DNA from: Laetmonice hystrix
Lineage: Eukaryota
Direction: 5' to 3'
Length of the DNA stretch: 64,000 nucleotides
Assembly (NCBI GenBank): GCA_965235115.1
Contig: OZ249436.1
Location: 2,172,001 to 2,236,000, forward strand
The notes beneath the pieces are model-generated. The model was not told the DNA's origin. It saw nothing but the letters and a program-made list of their open reading frames with translations, and made no database searches. Below are positions 1 to 12,376 of this stretch, one piece after another. A program made the translations under genes and the position numbers. Numbering within the stretch: the stretch's first letter is position 1; every line of letters begins with the position of its first letter.

Positions 1-276
1 TTGGATCCTAAGAAGTAAGAAGTTATTTTGATGACCAAAGATTGTCTTTTCTCTTACCAGATGATACATGTAAACAACTTGTCCTACAGGTCACGCTGAT
101 CTGTAATTTATTAACATTACGTAAGGACAGATAGGTTCAGGTATTGTCTTACATGAGAATAATTAAAATCAAGTATTGTTTTTTTCTATCTCTGACCCAG
201 CAGTCTTGATACGCTCAGGTCAGTGTCTTTGAGATCACCTTCTAACTTCTTCTTCAATATGTTATCATCTTGGTAA

Positions 277-1953
277 AACTGTTTCCCGTGAGAAGTATAA
301 GATATGTCAAGTATATCCAGTAACCAACCCCAGAATACAACTGTTTCCCGTGAGGAGTATAAAATATGTCAAGTATATCCAGTAACCAACCCCAGAATAC
401 AACTGTTTCCCTTGAGGAGTATAAAATATGTCAAGTATATCCAGTAACCAACCCCAGAATACAACTGTTTCCCGTGAGGAGTATAAAATATGTCAAGTAT
501 ATCCATTAACCAACCCCAGAATACAACTGTTTCCCGTGAGGAGTATAAAATATGTCAAGTATATCCATTAACCAACCCCAGAATACAACTGTTTCCCGTG
601 AGGAGTATAAAATATGTCAAGTATATCCATTAACTAACCCCAGAATACAACTGTTTCCCGTGAGGAGTATAAAATATGTCAAGTATATCCATTAACCAAC
701 CCCAGAATACAACTGTTTCCCGTGAGGAGTATAAAATATGTCAAGTATATCCATTAACCAACCCCAGAATACAACTGTTTCCCGTGAGGAGTATAAAATA
801 TGTCAAGTATATCCATTAACCAACCCCAGAATACAACTGTTTCCCGTGAGAAGTATAAAATATGTCAAGTATATCCATTAACCAACCCCAGAATACAACT
901 GTTTCCCGTGAGGAGTATAAAATATGTCAAGTATATCCATTAACTAACCCCAGAATACAACTGTTTCCCGTGAGGAGTATAAAATATGTCAAGTATATCC
1001 AGTAACCAACCCCAGAATACAACTGTTTCCCGTGAGAAGTCTAAAATATGTCAAGTATATCCATTAACCAACCCCAGAATACAACTGTTTCCCGTCAGAA
1101 GTATAAAATATGTCAAGTATATCCATTAACTAACCCCAGAATACAACTGTTTCCCGTCAGAAGTATAAAATATGTCAAGTATATCCATTAACCAACCCCA
1201 GAATACAACTGTTTCCCGTCAGAAGTATAAAATATGTCAAGTATATCCATTAACCAACCCCAGAATACAACTGTTTCCCGTGAGGAGTATAAAATATGTC
1301 AAGTATATCCATTAACCAACCCCAGAATACAACTGTTTCCCGTCAGAAGTATAAAATATGTCAAGTATATCCATTAACTAACCCCAGAATACAACTGTTT
1401 CCCGTGAGAAGTATAAAATATGTCAAGTATATCCATTAACTAACCCCAGAATACAACTGTTTCCCGTCAGAAGTATAAAATATGTCAAGTATATCCATTA
1501 ACCAACCCCAGAATACAACTGTTTCCCGTCAGAAGTATAAAATATGTCAAGTATATCCATTAACCAACCCCAGAATACAACTGTTTCCCGTGAGAAGTAT
1601 AAAATATGTCAAGTATATCCATTAACCAACCCCAGAATACAACTGTTTCCCGTGAGAAGTATCAAATATGTCAAGTATATCCATTAACCAACCCCAGAAT
1701 ACAACTGTTTCCCGTGAGGAGTATAAAATATGTCAAGTATATCCAGTAACCAACCCCAGAATACAACTGTTTCCCGTGAGGAGTATAAAATATGTCAGGT
1801 ATATCCATTAACTAACCCCAGAATACAACTGTTTCCCGTGAGGAGTATAAAATATGTCAAGTATATCCATTAACCAACCCCAGAATACAACTGTTTCCCG
1901 TGAGGAGTATAAAATATGTCAAGTATATCCATTAACCAATCCCAGAATACAAC
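277..1953. repeat. Minisatellite, 62-bp unit, about 27 copies
   Basis: aactgtttcccgtgaggagtataaaatatgtcaagtatatccattaaccaaccccagaatac. Confidence 0.97.
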
Positions 1954-2128
1954 CAACGTCTCGATCATGTTTGTGTTTACATGGACATGAATTTGGTGAT
2001 ATCCTGGTTTTTGTAAAGTTTGGAGTCGCTAACAGACCAAATACTGAGATATTCAACATATTCACTAACATGGTCGATACGAGCAAGATGTCGGTTATAT
2101 TTTCGGGTTGGTTCAGAGATATCCTCTA

Positions 2129-2685
2129 TATCACTATATTATACACCTGGCCCAGCTAAGCAATCTGATTGGTCCATTTGTACCACGTGACCGTCCCGAA
2201 AATTTTGATATTGGACGGTAAAATACGATATTGGACGGTTCGCTCTGGAAACCATAGAGACGAAGATGATAAGATGGATAAGATAAGATGAATTTAACTA
2301 TAGCAACTAGTTAATGGGGTTCTAAAGTTAATGTGTCCAATTGTCACATTGACCATGGAACCTTACAGAAAATATGTTCATTAAAGTTTACATTTTCATA
2401 TTACAGCAATGACCCTGGTCGATGTGTTGGTTCTTGTAGGCCTAATCCAAGCTGATACCTAAGCAGGTCTTCTCGACTTTATTTATATGGGATTATCAAT
2501 ATTTTACTTATATAGGCCTATAGGTGTATAATATAGCAAGTGTTGGATGGCAGCTCGTCCACTATACAGTTTACGGGACTCTGAAAAGCGATAATGGACT
2601 CGGCTTCGCCTCGTCCATTATCGCTTTTCTTCGTCCCGTAAACTGTATAGTGGACTCGCCGCCATCCAATATTTGTATAGTGATA
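2129..2685. mobile_element. Non-autonomous element with nested inverted repeats and a long terminal hairpin (Crypton- or Helentron-like; class uncertain)
   Basis: IR tatcactata 2129-2138 / 2676-2685; IR ctatattatacacct 2134-2148 / 2522-2536; hairpin 2543-2669 capped by ggcttcgcc. Confidence 0.6.
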
Positions 2686-3903
2686 ATGGATAGACATTTG
2701 AGAGGGAGGGGGGGAGGGGGGCTTACTCTTTAATTAAGTAGTGTTGGTTGAAGAGTTGGTGGGCGTGATGGTAGTTTTCATTAAATAATATGTAATACTC
2801 GGCCCTGTCTTCGATAACGACCAATCTGTAATAGAAGTCCCCCAGTTCGAGTTACAGTATTTAGCACAGAAGTCCCTCACACAGAAGTCCCCCAGTTCGT
2901 GTTACAGTATTTAGCACAGAAGTCCCTCAGTTCGAGTTACAGTATTTAGCACTGGTTCGACCTGAGGGTTGCCCTTATTACTTATATATATGTCATTAAT
3001 GATATGCTTACCGCTTCTTATTACCTAATTATATGTTAAACGTATCAAATTACCTAATTATATGTTAAACGTATCTAATTACCTAATTATATGTTAATCG
3101 TATCTAATTACCTATGCTATGACGTGAAGTCAGTGAATTGATTGCGTCACATATCTTTTTTGTCGGAGAAAAAGAAAAGATCGATAGTGCTCAGTGTGCA
3201 TGAATTGATTTCGTGGTTGAAATAATTAGAATATTGTGATATTCTATACTGGGCACATTCAGGTTTTTCCCTCACAATGGAACAATGTAAGTGTACGTTA
3301 AGTGACTCAATAGATAGCAGTATTCACCCACCGTATGGTAGGAATCAGTAGTACGATACATGTGGAGATCGAGTAACTGTGAACTATGGAAAAAATATTC
3401 TAGTAATACAGCCGACAACACAATGATATAAAAAAATCTTGTCCTTTGTCGTGTAGACTGCCAGTAACGTTAGAATGTGGTGTCGGTTGATGAAATTATT
3501 CATTTACACCTAATTATACTGACGTCACGGAGTAAAGATATGAAGTATTTTCATGGTGGAATAGAGTGAAATCGCAGTGATTTCGCTCGAAGATTAAAGT
3601 TGAGCATTTAAACAAAAACAAAATCCAATATCCTGAGTTCAGGTCATGGCCTATAGGTGTCGCTGTGTGTGAGACGGACTCCAGAGTGGTTTGAGTTGTT
3701 GAACGATACTTGACCAAGTATTCAGTAGTATAGAGTCTGGCATGTGCGCAGGTTTTTCAGCTTTGTCAGCTAACTGAACAAGTATGTCTTACGACAGGTT
3801 TTTAAATTCTCAAACGATTTGATCTTTGCATGTTTGCATTCGTTCTCTAGGCCATTGTATTAATCCCTAATGCTGTCATACCATTCAGTAGTAAGGTCGG
3901 TTC

Positions 3904-4498
3904 CTCATGGACCGTGCAGTCCTATCTCATGGACCGTGCAGTCCTATCTCATGGACCGTGCAGTCCTATCTCATGGACCGTGCAGTCCTGTCTCATGGAC
4001 CATGCGGTCCTAGCTCATGGACCGTGCAGTCCTATCATGGACCGTGCAGTCCTATCTCATGGACCGTGCAGTCCTGTCTCATGAACCGTGCAGTCCTATC
4101 TCATGGACCGTGCGGTCCTATCTCATGGACCGTGCGGTCCTATCTCATGGACCGTGCAGTCATATCTCATGGACCCTGCAGTCATGTCTCATGGACCGTG
4201 CAGTCCTGTCTCATGGACCGTGCAGTCCTATCTCATGGACCGTGCAGGCCTAGCTCATGGACCGTGCAGTCCTATCTCATGGACCGTGCAGTCCTATCTC
4301 ATGGACTGGGCGCTCCTATCTCATGGACCGCGCGGTCCTATCTCATGGAATGTGCAGCCCTGTCTCATGGACCGTGCAGTTCTATCTCATGGACCGTGCA
4401 GTCCTATCTCATGGACCGTGCAGTCCTGTCTCATGGACCGTGCAGTCCTGTCTCATGGACCGTGCAGTCCTATCTCATGGACCGTACAGTCCTATCTC
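3904..4498. repeat. Minisatellite, 22-bp unit, about 27 copies
   Basis: ctcatggaccgtgcagtcctat. Confidence 0.97.
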
Positions 4499-5113
4499 CG
4501 CCACTATTGCCCTGGAGACGTTTAGTGTGTGGCAGTTTCTCACCTTTTTGCATGTTGTGAGGTTTTTTATTTCAGTCTCCAGAAGTACATTTTGAAGCTA
4601 GAGTGCCATGACCTTGATAAAAAGAATTTAGAAACAGATTGACAGTACTAACGTAGTACATTTAGTTACAAAATATGGCAACAGAGGGCAGGAGCATGGA
4701 TAAGTCCTTCCCACATCCACGTTTCAGATTTTGGCCATCTAGCCATTATTTTGTTGCCGTAGCCTAGTTGCTATAGTTTGCTATAACACTGTGACGTCAC
4801 TACCACAGTCCTTACTGATTTTTGTGTGTCAATTTTTCAATCAAATGTTTAAAAGATAAATGTCGAAAAATAAAATGACATATCACCTGATCTCATACCA
4901 GGAGTTGGTAACCCGACCACCTAGCGGTGGGCTGACGAACTAAGCTTTTAAAGACCTCTGGCGTTTCGGCCAGCTTGCCTGAAATCCCCCCCCCCGGCCC
5001 CTCCCCCTTCCCAGTTCTTAATGATGCCATTGGATGATTTTCCCAACATCAACAGCTCTCGGGTGTTGTAAGTTGTAGACAACTTTTTGTGTTTTCTATT
5101 TCACGCCTTCCAG

Positions 5114-5194
5114 AGGTCATGGGATGCCCATGGTTGACCCCTATGTGACCCCAGGATCCAGTCCCGTCGACAGCCGGGTGTCATCGCTCGGGAG
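5114..5194 (+). CDS. unc-13: Internal coding exon of probable unc-13 (GHGMPMVDPYVTPGSSPVDSRVSSLG), phase 2/2, non-canonical GC donor
   Basis: Pyrimidine-rich acceptor ctatttcacgccttccag; 81 nt open frame; donor AG|gcaagc. In frame with the next exon. The PGSSPVDSRVSS motif resembles GGSPMDSRMSS in the 9003 exon. Confidence 0.65.
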
Positions 5195-5610
5195 GCAAGC
5201 TGGCTTCGGCTCTTTCTGTTTTTATCAATATTTTCGTTGTCTGTTCATCAGTTCTAACAAGATTTTATCTTCCATTTCGCTGTTTTCGTACAAAAAGTAA
5301 CTAAAGTCGACATCTATTTGTTTTATTAAGATTTTAATCGTAAAGAATTTGCAGCTTAATGTTGCCAAGTTTTGTCACATTTTGAACCGATTTAAAATCA
5401 CTGAACGTGTGGTACACTACAGGAAAAGTAATTTGCACGCCTCTGGCTCTGGCCGTGTTTTGTCCAGATCGTTTTCATGATCTGTGTATTTGTACGTCTG
5501 TGTCTGTGTTTGTGAAGACGTAAAACTTGCTCATTGATGTTCTTACTGGTGCCTGGGTGGCTTACTGTAGAGGGCCTGGGTGGCTTACTGTAGAGGGCCT
5601 GGGTGGCTTA

Positions 5611-5821
5611 AGTGCTGAACCCACCAAGGCGATTCCCCTTGCGACGGCCATGCGATTTTTAATTTAATGGTGGAATTTCACTCTGAAATTTTTCCTGGCT
5701 GGCCTTCTCCGTTTCAGGAAATGGGTTCCATCCTTTAATCTCAAAATTACAGTAAAATAAAAGGGTGATGTCAAAATCGCATGGGCGTCGCAAGGGGAAT
5801 CGCCTTGGTGGGTTCAGCACT
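5611..5821. mobile_element. PIF/Harbinger-type MITE, 211 bp
   Basis: About 50 bp near-perfect TIR (agtgctgaacccaccaaggcgattccccttgcgac...), TTA TSD, inserted in a short tandem repeat. Confidence 0.9.
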
Positions 5822-6215
5822 TTACTGTAGAGTGCCTGGGTGACTTACTGTGCCCACTTGGTCCTGTCTTTCTCTGATTACAATGATGTTTTATGTCATC
5901 AGTAGATGTGATATTTGTTTTTTAACAGCACTCGATACAACGATACAACCAGGATTATCAGGGAAAAGCTTAACTAGTAGATTATTTTATAATCCATGGA
6001 TGTTACCATTCGTAATTCAGTGAAAGATGGATTTTACTTCAGTGGAAGTCATGAATAGTACACCTGAGATAGGCACAGCTTGAAGTTCCTTCCCTTGGAT
6101 ATTCATTTTGCTGGTTAAATGCAGAGTGTGCCAGTGCCCTCTGTCCGATGTGTACCGATGTTTTCTGATCTATAATTTAGTTATTTTTGTCTCCATGGTG
6201 TATCGGTATTGAGTT

Positions 6216-6450
6216 GCTGTGACGTCAATATATTGTACTGGTATTTATTGACTGTGACGTCAGTATTGTACCGGTATTTATTGACTGTGACGTCAGAATT
6301 GTACCGGTATTTAGTGACTGTGACGTCAGTATTGTACCGGTATTAAGTGACTGTGACGTCAGTATTGTGCCGGTATTAAGTGACTGTGACGTCAGTATTG
6401 TACCCGTATTTAGTCACTCTAATGCCAGTATTGTACCCGTATTTAGTCAT
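6216..6450. repeat. Minisatellite, 33-bp unit, about 7 copies, six containing TGACGTCA
   Basis: gactgtgacgtcagtattgtaccggtatttatt. Confidence 0.9.
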
Positions 6451-6517
6451 TAGAACCTGCATGGTTAGGACCTTCCACACCCAGTATAATAAAGCGCCAC
6501 CTGTTGCCCACTTTCAG

Positions 6518-7219
6518 TCCGAACCGGGACGTCTACATGTACCAGAACCGAAGCTATGGAAGCCGCGAGTTTAGTGATCATTATGACGACAGCAGGCAGC
6601 ACGGTTATAGGGACATCAGACCGGGCTATGTCGACAGGGATCAAGAACTTTATGGGCGGGACTCTCCGGGCTATGACCGATCAGATCTGGGCTATGACGG
6701 GCGGGACTCACCGGGGAGACATAGCCAGGACCGGTTCTATGACAGAAGAGACCCTGCAGGCTGTAACAATAGGGACGCTGACTATGGTAGTCGAGGACCT
6801 GACTATAGTAGTCAAGGAGAAGATTATGACAGTCAAAGATATGACAATGATAGTCGAACCCATGACTATTACAGTCGAAACCATGATTATGATAGTCGAA
6901 ACAACCGGTCGCCAGATTATGATAAAGATTACGATAAAGACTATGATAAGGACTATGATAAGGACTATGATAAAGACTACGATAAAGACTATGATAAAGA
7001 CTATGATAAAGAATACGATAAAGACTATGATAAAGACTATGATAAAGACTATGATAAAGACTATGATAGCCGTGACCCGGAGTTTGGTAGTCCATTGTAT
7101 GATAGAGAATACGACAGTAAAGACAGTTACCGAAACCATGATAACTATCCTAATAGTGGCACCTATCAAGGCAAGGACTCGTACCCCAGAGACGACTATC
7201 AGAGCCGAGACCCATACAA
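6518..7219 (+). CDS. unc-13: Large internal coding exon (702 nt), D/Y/R/S-rich low complexity with 13 DYDK-type repeats
   Basis: Acceptor cactttcag|T, donor TACAA|gtaagt, phase 2/2, open throughout. Differences between repeat units are almost all synonymous. Confidence 0.8.
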
Positions 7220-8042
7220 GTAAGTCATGCTCCTCTGCTCCCGTGTTTACCCTTGGGGTGGGGGGTTAGACGGGGGTCATGTAGTGCGTGTTGTAGGGGG
7301 GTGACACAGAGCATGCATGGTAGCAGCCTCTGATTGATACCAGTCTCTGCCACCAGGTGGCGGCACTAAGTGTCCACCTGTTTTAGTCTCATCCTCATCA
7401 TTGGCACGCTTTCTCTCGGCTTCTTCATCTGTCTTCATGGCGTCCCGTATTATTTGTTTTCATGAGGTGTTATTGTTGTGAGTAATGATTCAGTTTTCTT
7501 TCGCTTGAAGTAGAAGTCTGATTGCCGCATTGTATCCAGTCTTATTTTCGGAGCTAGATTTCACGGGGGTTCAACAGATCCCGCTCCGAACCTCTTCCGT
7601 TTCATTTTTGTTGCCACTCCATGCATGTTTGATTTGCTAATCTTTCGGTTTATTTTTGATTGACAGGTGGCATAGAGCGATCTGACCTTTTGTTTAAAAC
7701 ATTCACGCTATATTAGTTTTGTTGACTGTAGCCACAATGTTTTTCTCTTGTTCTGCATGATATTGTCACTAGGTACAGTCATCATCTTTCTGTATATTTC
7801 ATTATGTCCTCCTAAAAACATCCAATCGACCGTAAGTGAACGTTTTTTATTACAGATAATTTTCTATAGAATAAGTGTTTTACCAATTTCGAGTGGTGTA
7901 AAAACGACTCGCATGGTGTAATGTTTCGGCCCCTGGTAAGATGTCGGTTCATTTAATTATATTATTTGTCAATATACGCTGCACAGTCGACATTATTACA
8001 AACAGGTAATGCAAACCAGTTCAGATGTTTCAATAAAAACAA

Positions 8043-8686
8043 TGCCCAATGTCAGATTTGAAGGGTTAGAAGCACTCTGCCCAATGTCAGATTTGAAGGG
8101 TTAGAATCACTACGCCCAATGTCAGATTTGAAGGGTTAGAAACGCTCTACCCAATGTCAGATTTGAAGGGTTAGAAACACTGCCCATTGTCAGATTTGAA
8201 GGGTTAGAAACGCTCTGCCCATTGTCAGATTTGAAGGGTTAGAAACGCTCTGCCCAATGTCAGATGTGAAAACACTCTGCCCAATGTCAGATTTGAAGGG
8301 TTAGAAACACTCTGCCCAATGTCAGATTTGAAGGGTTAGAAACACTCGGCCCAATGTCAGATTTGAAGCATTAGAAACGCTCTGCCCAATGTCAGATTTG
8401 AAGGGTTAGAAACGCTCTGCCCAATGTCAGATTCTAAGGGTTAGAAACACTCTGCCCAATGTCAGATTTGAAGGGTTAGAAACGCTCTGCCCAATGTCAG
8501 ATTTGAAGTGTTAGAAACACTCTGCCCAATGTCAGATTTGAAGGGTTAGAAACACTCTGCTCAATGTCAGATTTGAAGTGTTAGAAACACTGCCCAATGT
8601 CAGATTTGAAGGGTTAGAAACACTCTGCCCAATGTCAGATTTGAAGGGTTAGAAACACTCTGCCCAATGTCAGATTTGAAGGGTTA
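8043..8686. repeat. Minisatellite, 35-bp unit, about 18 copies
   Basis: ctgcccaatgtcagatttgaagggttagaaacact. Confidence 0.96.
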
Positions 8687-9002
8687 AAGCCTCTCACCGT
8701 CTAAAACCGTCTCCAAACGTTGAACGGCCGGTCTCGTTCATGCTTGGTTTGTCAATAGTACAGATACAAATCAGGTGTTGTGATGTAGGGATCACGACGA
8801 CATATTTTTTGTACCCGTTAACGCCACCTGACCCGTGTCATCTGTCCTAGAAGGGACAACACTACTGACGAGGCGCAGATTGCCTCGATGTAAACAAAAT
8901 GTCCCATGACCTTCTCTTTAGTTGTTTTTATCAAGTTAGCGGCAGAGCTGTAGAGTGGAGTAGAGCAGTTTGTTTAATTTTCGTGTTTGACATACTCCTC
9001 AG

Positions 9003-9104
9003 AAACAGCGGTGGCCAGGACGCGTACACGTCTGCGGGTGGTAGCCCCATGGACAGTCGTATGTCCTCCTTCAGCATGAGTCGGCAAAGTACACAGGACT
9101 ACAG
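9003..9104 (+). CDS. unc-13: Internal coding exon (NSGGQDAYTSAGGSPMDSRMSSFSMSRQSTQDY)
   Basis: Acceptor actcctcag|A, donor TACAG|gtaaat, 102 nt, phase 2/2, in frame with the flanking exons. Confidence 0.8.
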
Positions 9105-9140
9105 GTAAATCAAGCAAAACATTACCTTCACTTTGATCTT

Positions 9141-9932
9141 TTACTGCATGTTGTGGGGTAAATTACACTGATTGTACTGAGGGCCCAGGTCCAGTGTAGA
9201 ATCGTAACCTTACTGCATGTTGTGGGGTAAATTACACTGATTGTACTGAGGGTGCAGGTCCAGTGTAGAATCGTAAGCTTACTGTATGTTGTGGGGTAAA
9301 TTACACTGATTGTACTCAGGGTGCAGGTCCAGTGTAGAATGGTAACCTTACTGCATGTTGTGGGGTAAATTACACTGATTGTACTCAGGGCCCAGGTCCA
9401 GTGTAGAATCGTAACCTCACTGCATGTTGTGGGGTAAATTACACTGATTGTACTGAGGGTGCAGGTCCAGTGTAGAATCGTAACCTCACTGCATGTTGTG
9501 GGGTAAATTACACTGATTGTACTGAGGGCCCAGGTCCAGTGTAGAATCGTAACCTCACTGCATGTTGTGGGGTAAATTACACTGATTGTACTGAGGGCCC
9601 AGGTCCAGTGTAGAATCGTAACCTCACTGCATGTTGTGGGGTAAATTACACTGATTGTACTCAGGGTGCAGGTCCAGTGTAGAATCGTAACCTCACTGCA
9701 TGTTGTGGGGTAAATTACACTGATTGTACTGAGGGTACAGGTCCAGTGTAGAATCGTAACCTTACTGCATGTTGTGGGGTAAATTACACTGATTGTACTG
9801 AGGGTACAGGTCCAGTGTAGAATCGTAACCTCACTGCATGTTGTGGGGTAAATTACACTGATTGTACTGAGGGTGCAGGTCCAGTGTAGAATCGTAACCT
9901 CACTGCATGTTGTGGAGTAAATACTGATTGTA
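9141..9932. repeat. Minisatellite, 69-bp unit, about 11 copies
   Basis: actgcatgttgtggggtaaattacactgattgtactgagg...gtccagtgtagaatcgtaacct. Confidence 0.96.
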
Positions 9933-11111
9933 CAGACGACCCTAATCATAAAGATCAAACTCAGGAAAACCTAGAAAGTTTGGCTTGAAGTGGATGTTAC
10001 TGGGTGGTATAAGGGGGACCTGCCCTGTTTCGCACCTGAGTGTTGAAATCTGCAACTTAGAGAAAATAAGAAATATGTCGTATAGAATATATATCTATAT
10101 TGTGGTAGTGATGTCACTCATTAAGCCCTGCTGTGAATGTGGTATGTTTGGGTCCTGTTTGGGCCATGTTTGGGTATTCTGTAAACATGAGCGCAGTACG
10201 GTGGCCTGTTAGGGTCCCGGATCAGACGACCCTACCCGGCCACCGTACTTAGCGTGAAGACTCCGTACAATTCACTCACTCTGGCACTCTGACTTGCGTC
10301 ACCAGACCCCACACCCACAGTGAGGAGCATATACAAAGTGACAGAGAAAGCATTACCAGCCCACTGAGATCAGTAAGGTTCAAAAGGTCAGATCTTATTA
10401 TCTAGATTACATCTATATGTCCCAACATACATGGCTATATTATTTCCTTACCTTTTTTCACCCTACCAACTTTATATATATTCCATATATACTTTTTCCA
10501 TAGACACGTTTTTTGAATCGCAGCAGAGCTTTTTACATTTTCCATTTCGATGATTCTTTTTAATTCTCATGTAGAAGATTGAAATATGTCTTTGGGATAT
10601 GATGTTGGCATGATTGGGATGACTGTATTAGTAGTGCTAAGTCTGCCATGATTTTAAAGTACTGGTACTCTTAACATGCTAGCAGTGTTAGCGGACAGAT
10701 ATACCTAAAGGTCAGACATTGTCAGGTCGTCCTACCGGGACTCAAGTCTACCCATGACCCGCACCCGGCACACTCAAGGCTCAGACCACGTGACGTACAG
10801 TATCTGACGAAACTAAAACGTGAACTAAGCTATAGTTTACCCTCTCCGGGCCTGAGCTTGTTTTGTTTTGTCTTATGAATTAAGAATGAGGAGCCTCAAT
10901 ATGGACGAGAGAGTGACCGACGATTGCCATACAGTGGGTCCGGTTTCTCTTTAAACTTAAGATCTTTCTGCTTGATTGGCTGGTTCCAGCAAATCAACCA
11001 ATCAGATGCGCTAAAGTAAGCTTAAGTACGATCTTAAGACCATATAAACCAGCAAGACGGTATGATGATTATACCAAGATCTGGTCATCCTAGAGAACTC
11101 GCTCAAGTTAA

Positions 11112-12029
11112 TACCCTAGTCACACTAGAGGCGGAATGAGCCAGAATGCTGTCGGAATGAAAATTCTTGGTATATTCCTGGATATTCGAAGTGCATTCTA
11201 AAAGTTCTGACTGCATTCTGAGTGCATTCCAAATATTCGGGCCCATTCTTGTGGCCGGCCCGAATGTTTTGTTCATGCTCAAAACTTTCGAGGTGCATTC
11301 GAAGGGGAAAAATATCGAACGGCATTCGAAGTGTATTTTAAATGCACTCTGACTGCATTCTAAATATTCTTACGGCAGTCCAACAGCATTCGAAACGTTC
11401 TGATCGCATTCGAGGGAGAATCGAAACGGCAAGCCACTTCAAATCCTGCCAGAATGTCCCGAATGCGCCTCGAATGAGCCGGAATGCACCTCGAATGCAT
11501 CTCAATTGGTGCCGGAATCTATACTCGGGACATTTGTGTTACATTCTAAGTACATTCGAAGTACATTCGAAGTATTCGAGCTGCATTCTGTTTGAATTTT
11601 TGGACGTTCGAACCATATTCGGGGGCCATTCCGGGAGCGTTCTGACTGCATTTGAGGTGAATTCGTACAGCATTCGAGGCACCTTCCAACCAGACATCGG
11701 GCGGTATTTAGGCAGCAATCGAACCGCACTCTTACGGCATTCGAGGTGCATTCTAAATATTCTGACTGCATTCTAACAATATTCTAAATATTCCTACTGT
11801 GTTCCAACTACATTCGAGCTGCATTCGAGCTAATACACCCGGAATGTACAAGAATCATTCGAGGCGGGTTCGAAGCGCATTCTAAGTATTCGAACGCCAT
11901 TCTTACAAAGCTGTAAGAATTTTGGTCAATTTGAAATTCCCTCCCGAATGTGGCGCGAATTTTGAGAATTCTTCATTCCGGCTGGTTCTGCTTGATTCCT
12001 GCTGATTCCGAATAAGTGTGACGGGGGTA
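11112..12029. mobile_element. PIF/Harbinger-type non-autonomous element, 918 bp
   Basis: TIR taccctagtcacact / agtgtgacgggggta, TAA TSD; interior filled with cattcga/tcgaatg motifs. Confidence 0.85.
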
Positions 12030-12109
12030 TAAGCTAGCACCGAGGGCTCATTATAAGGGTTATTCAAGAAAGTTCCTACTACTGTTTTAGTAGAAAGGCT
12101 AAATAGAGT

Positions 12110-12376
12110 GCTAACAGATGGTTACCATAACAGCTCATACAATGCTTACAGATGGTTATGGTGAAAGCTTATACAGTGATAACAGATGGTTACCATAACA
12201 GCTCATACAATGCTTACAGATGGTTATGGTGAAAGCTCATAAAATGCTAACAGTTGGTTACCGTGAGAGCTCATACAATGCTTACAGATGGTTATGGTGA
12301 AAGCTCCTAAAATGCTAACAGATGATTACCGTGAGAGCTCATACAATGCTAACATAGATGCTTATGTTGAAAGCTT
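12110..12376. repeat. Degenerate minisatellite, about 34-bp unit
   Basis: gctcatacaatgcttacagatggttatggtgaaa variants. Confidence 0.85.

Noticed and set aside
6556..7269. Overlapping and antisense ORFs (TMIK and IIVF repeats) as separate or membrane proteins
   Set aside because: These are shadow frames of the DYDK exon; splice phases and synonymous variation support only the DYDK frame.
8865..8900. Hammerhead ribozyme candidate (ctgacga followed by a hairpin)
   Set aside because: No GAAA after stem II, and no stems I/III or cleavage triplet could be built.
10726..10808. Extra phase-2 exon (SSYRDSSLPMTRTRHTQGSDHV)
   Set aside because: No pyrimidine tract, weak donor and a nearby stop codon.
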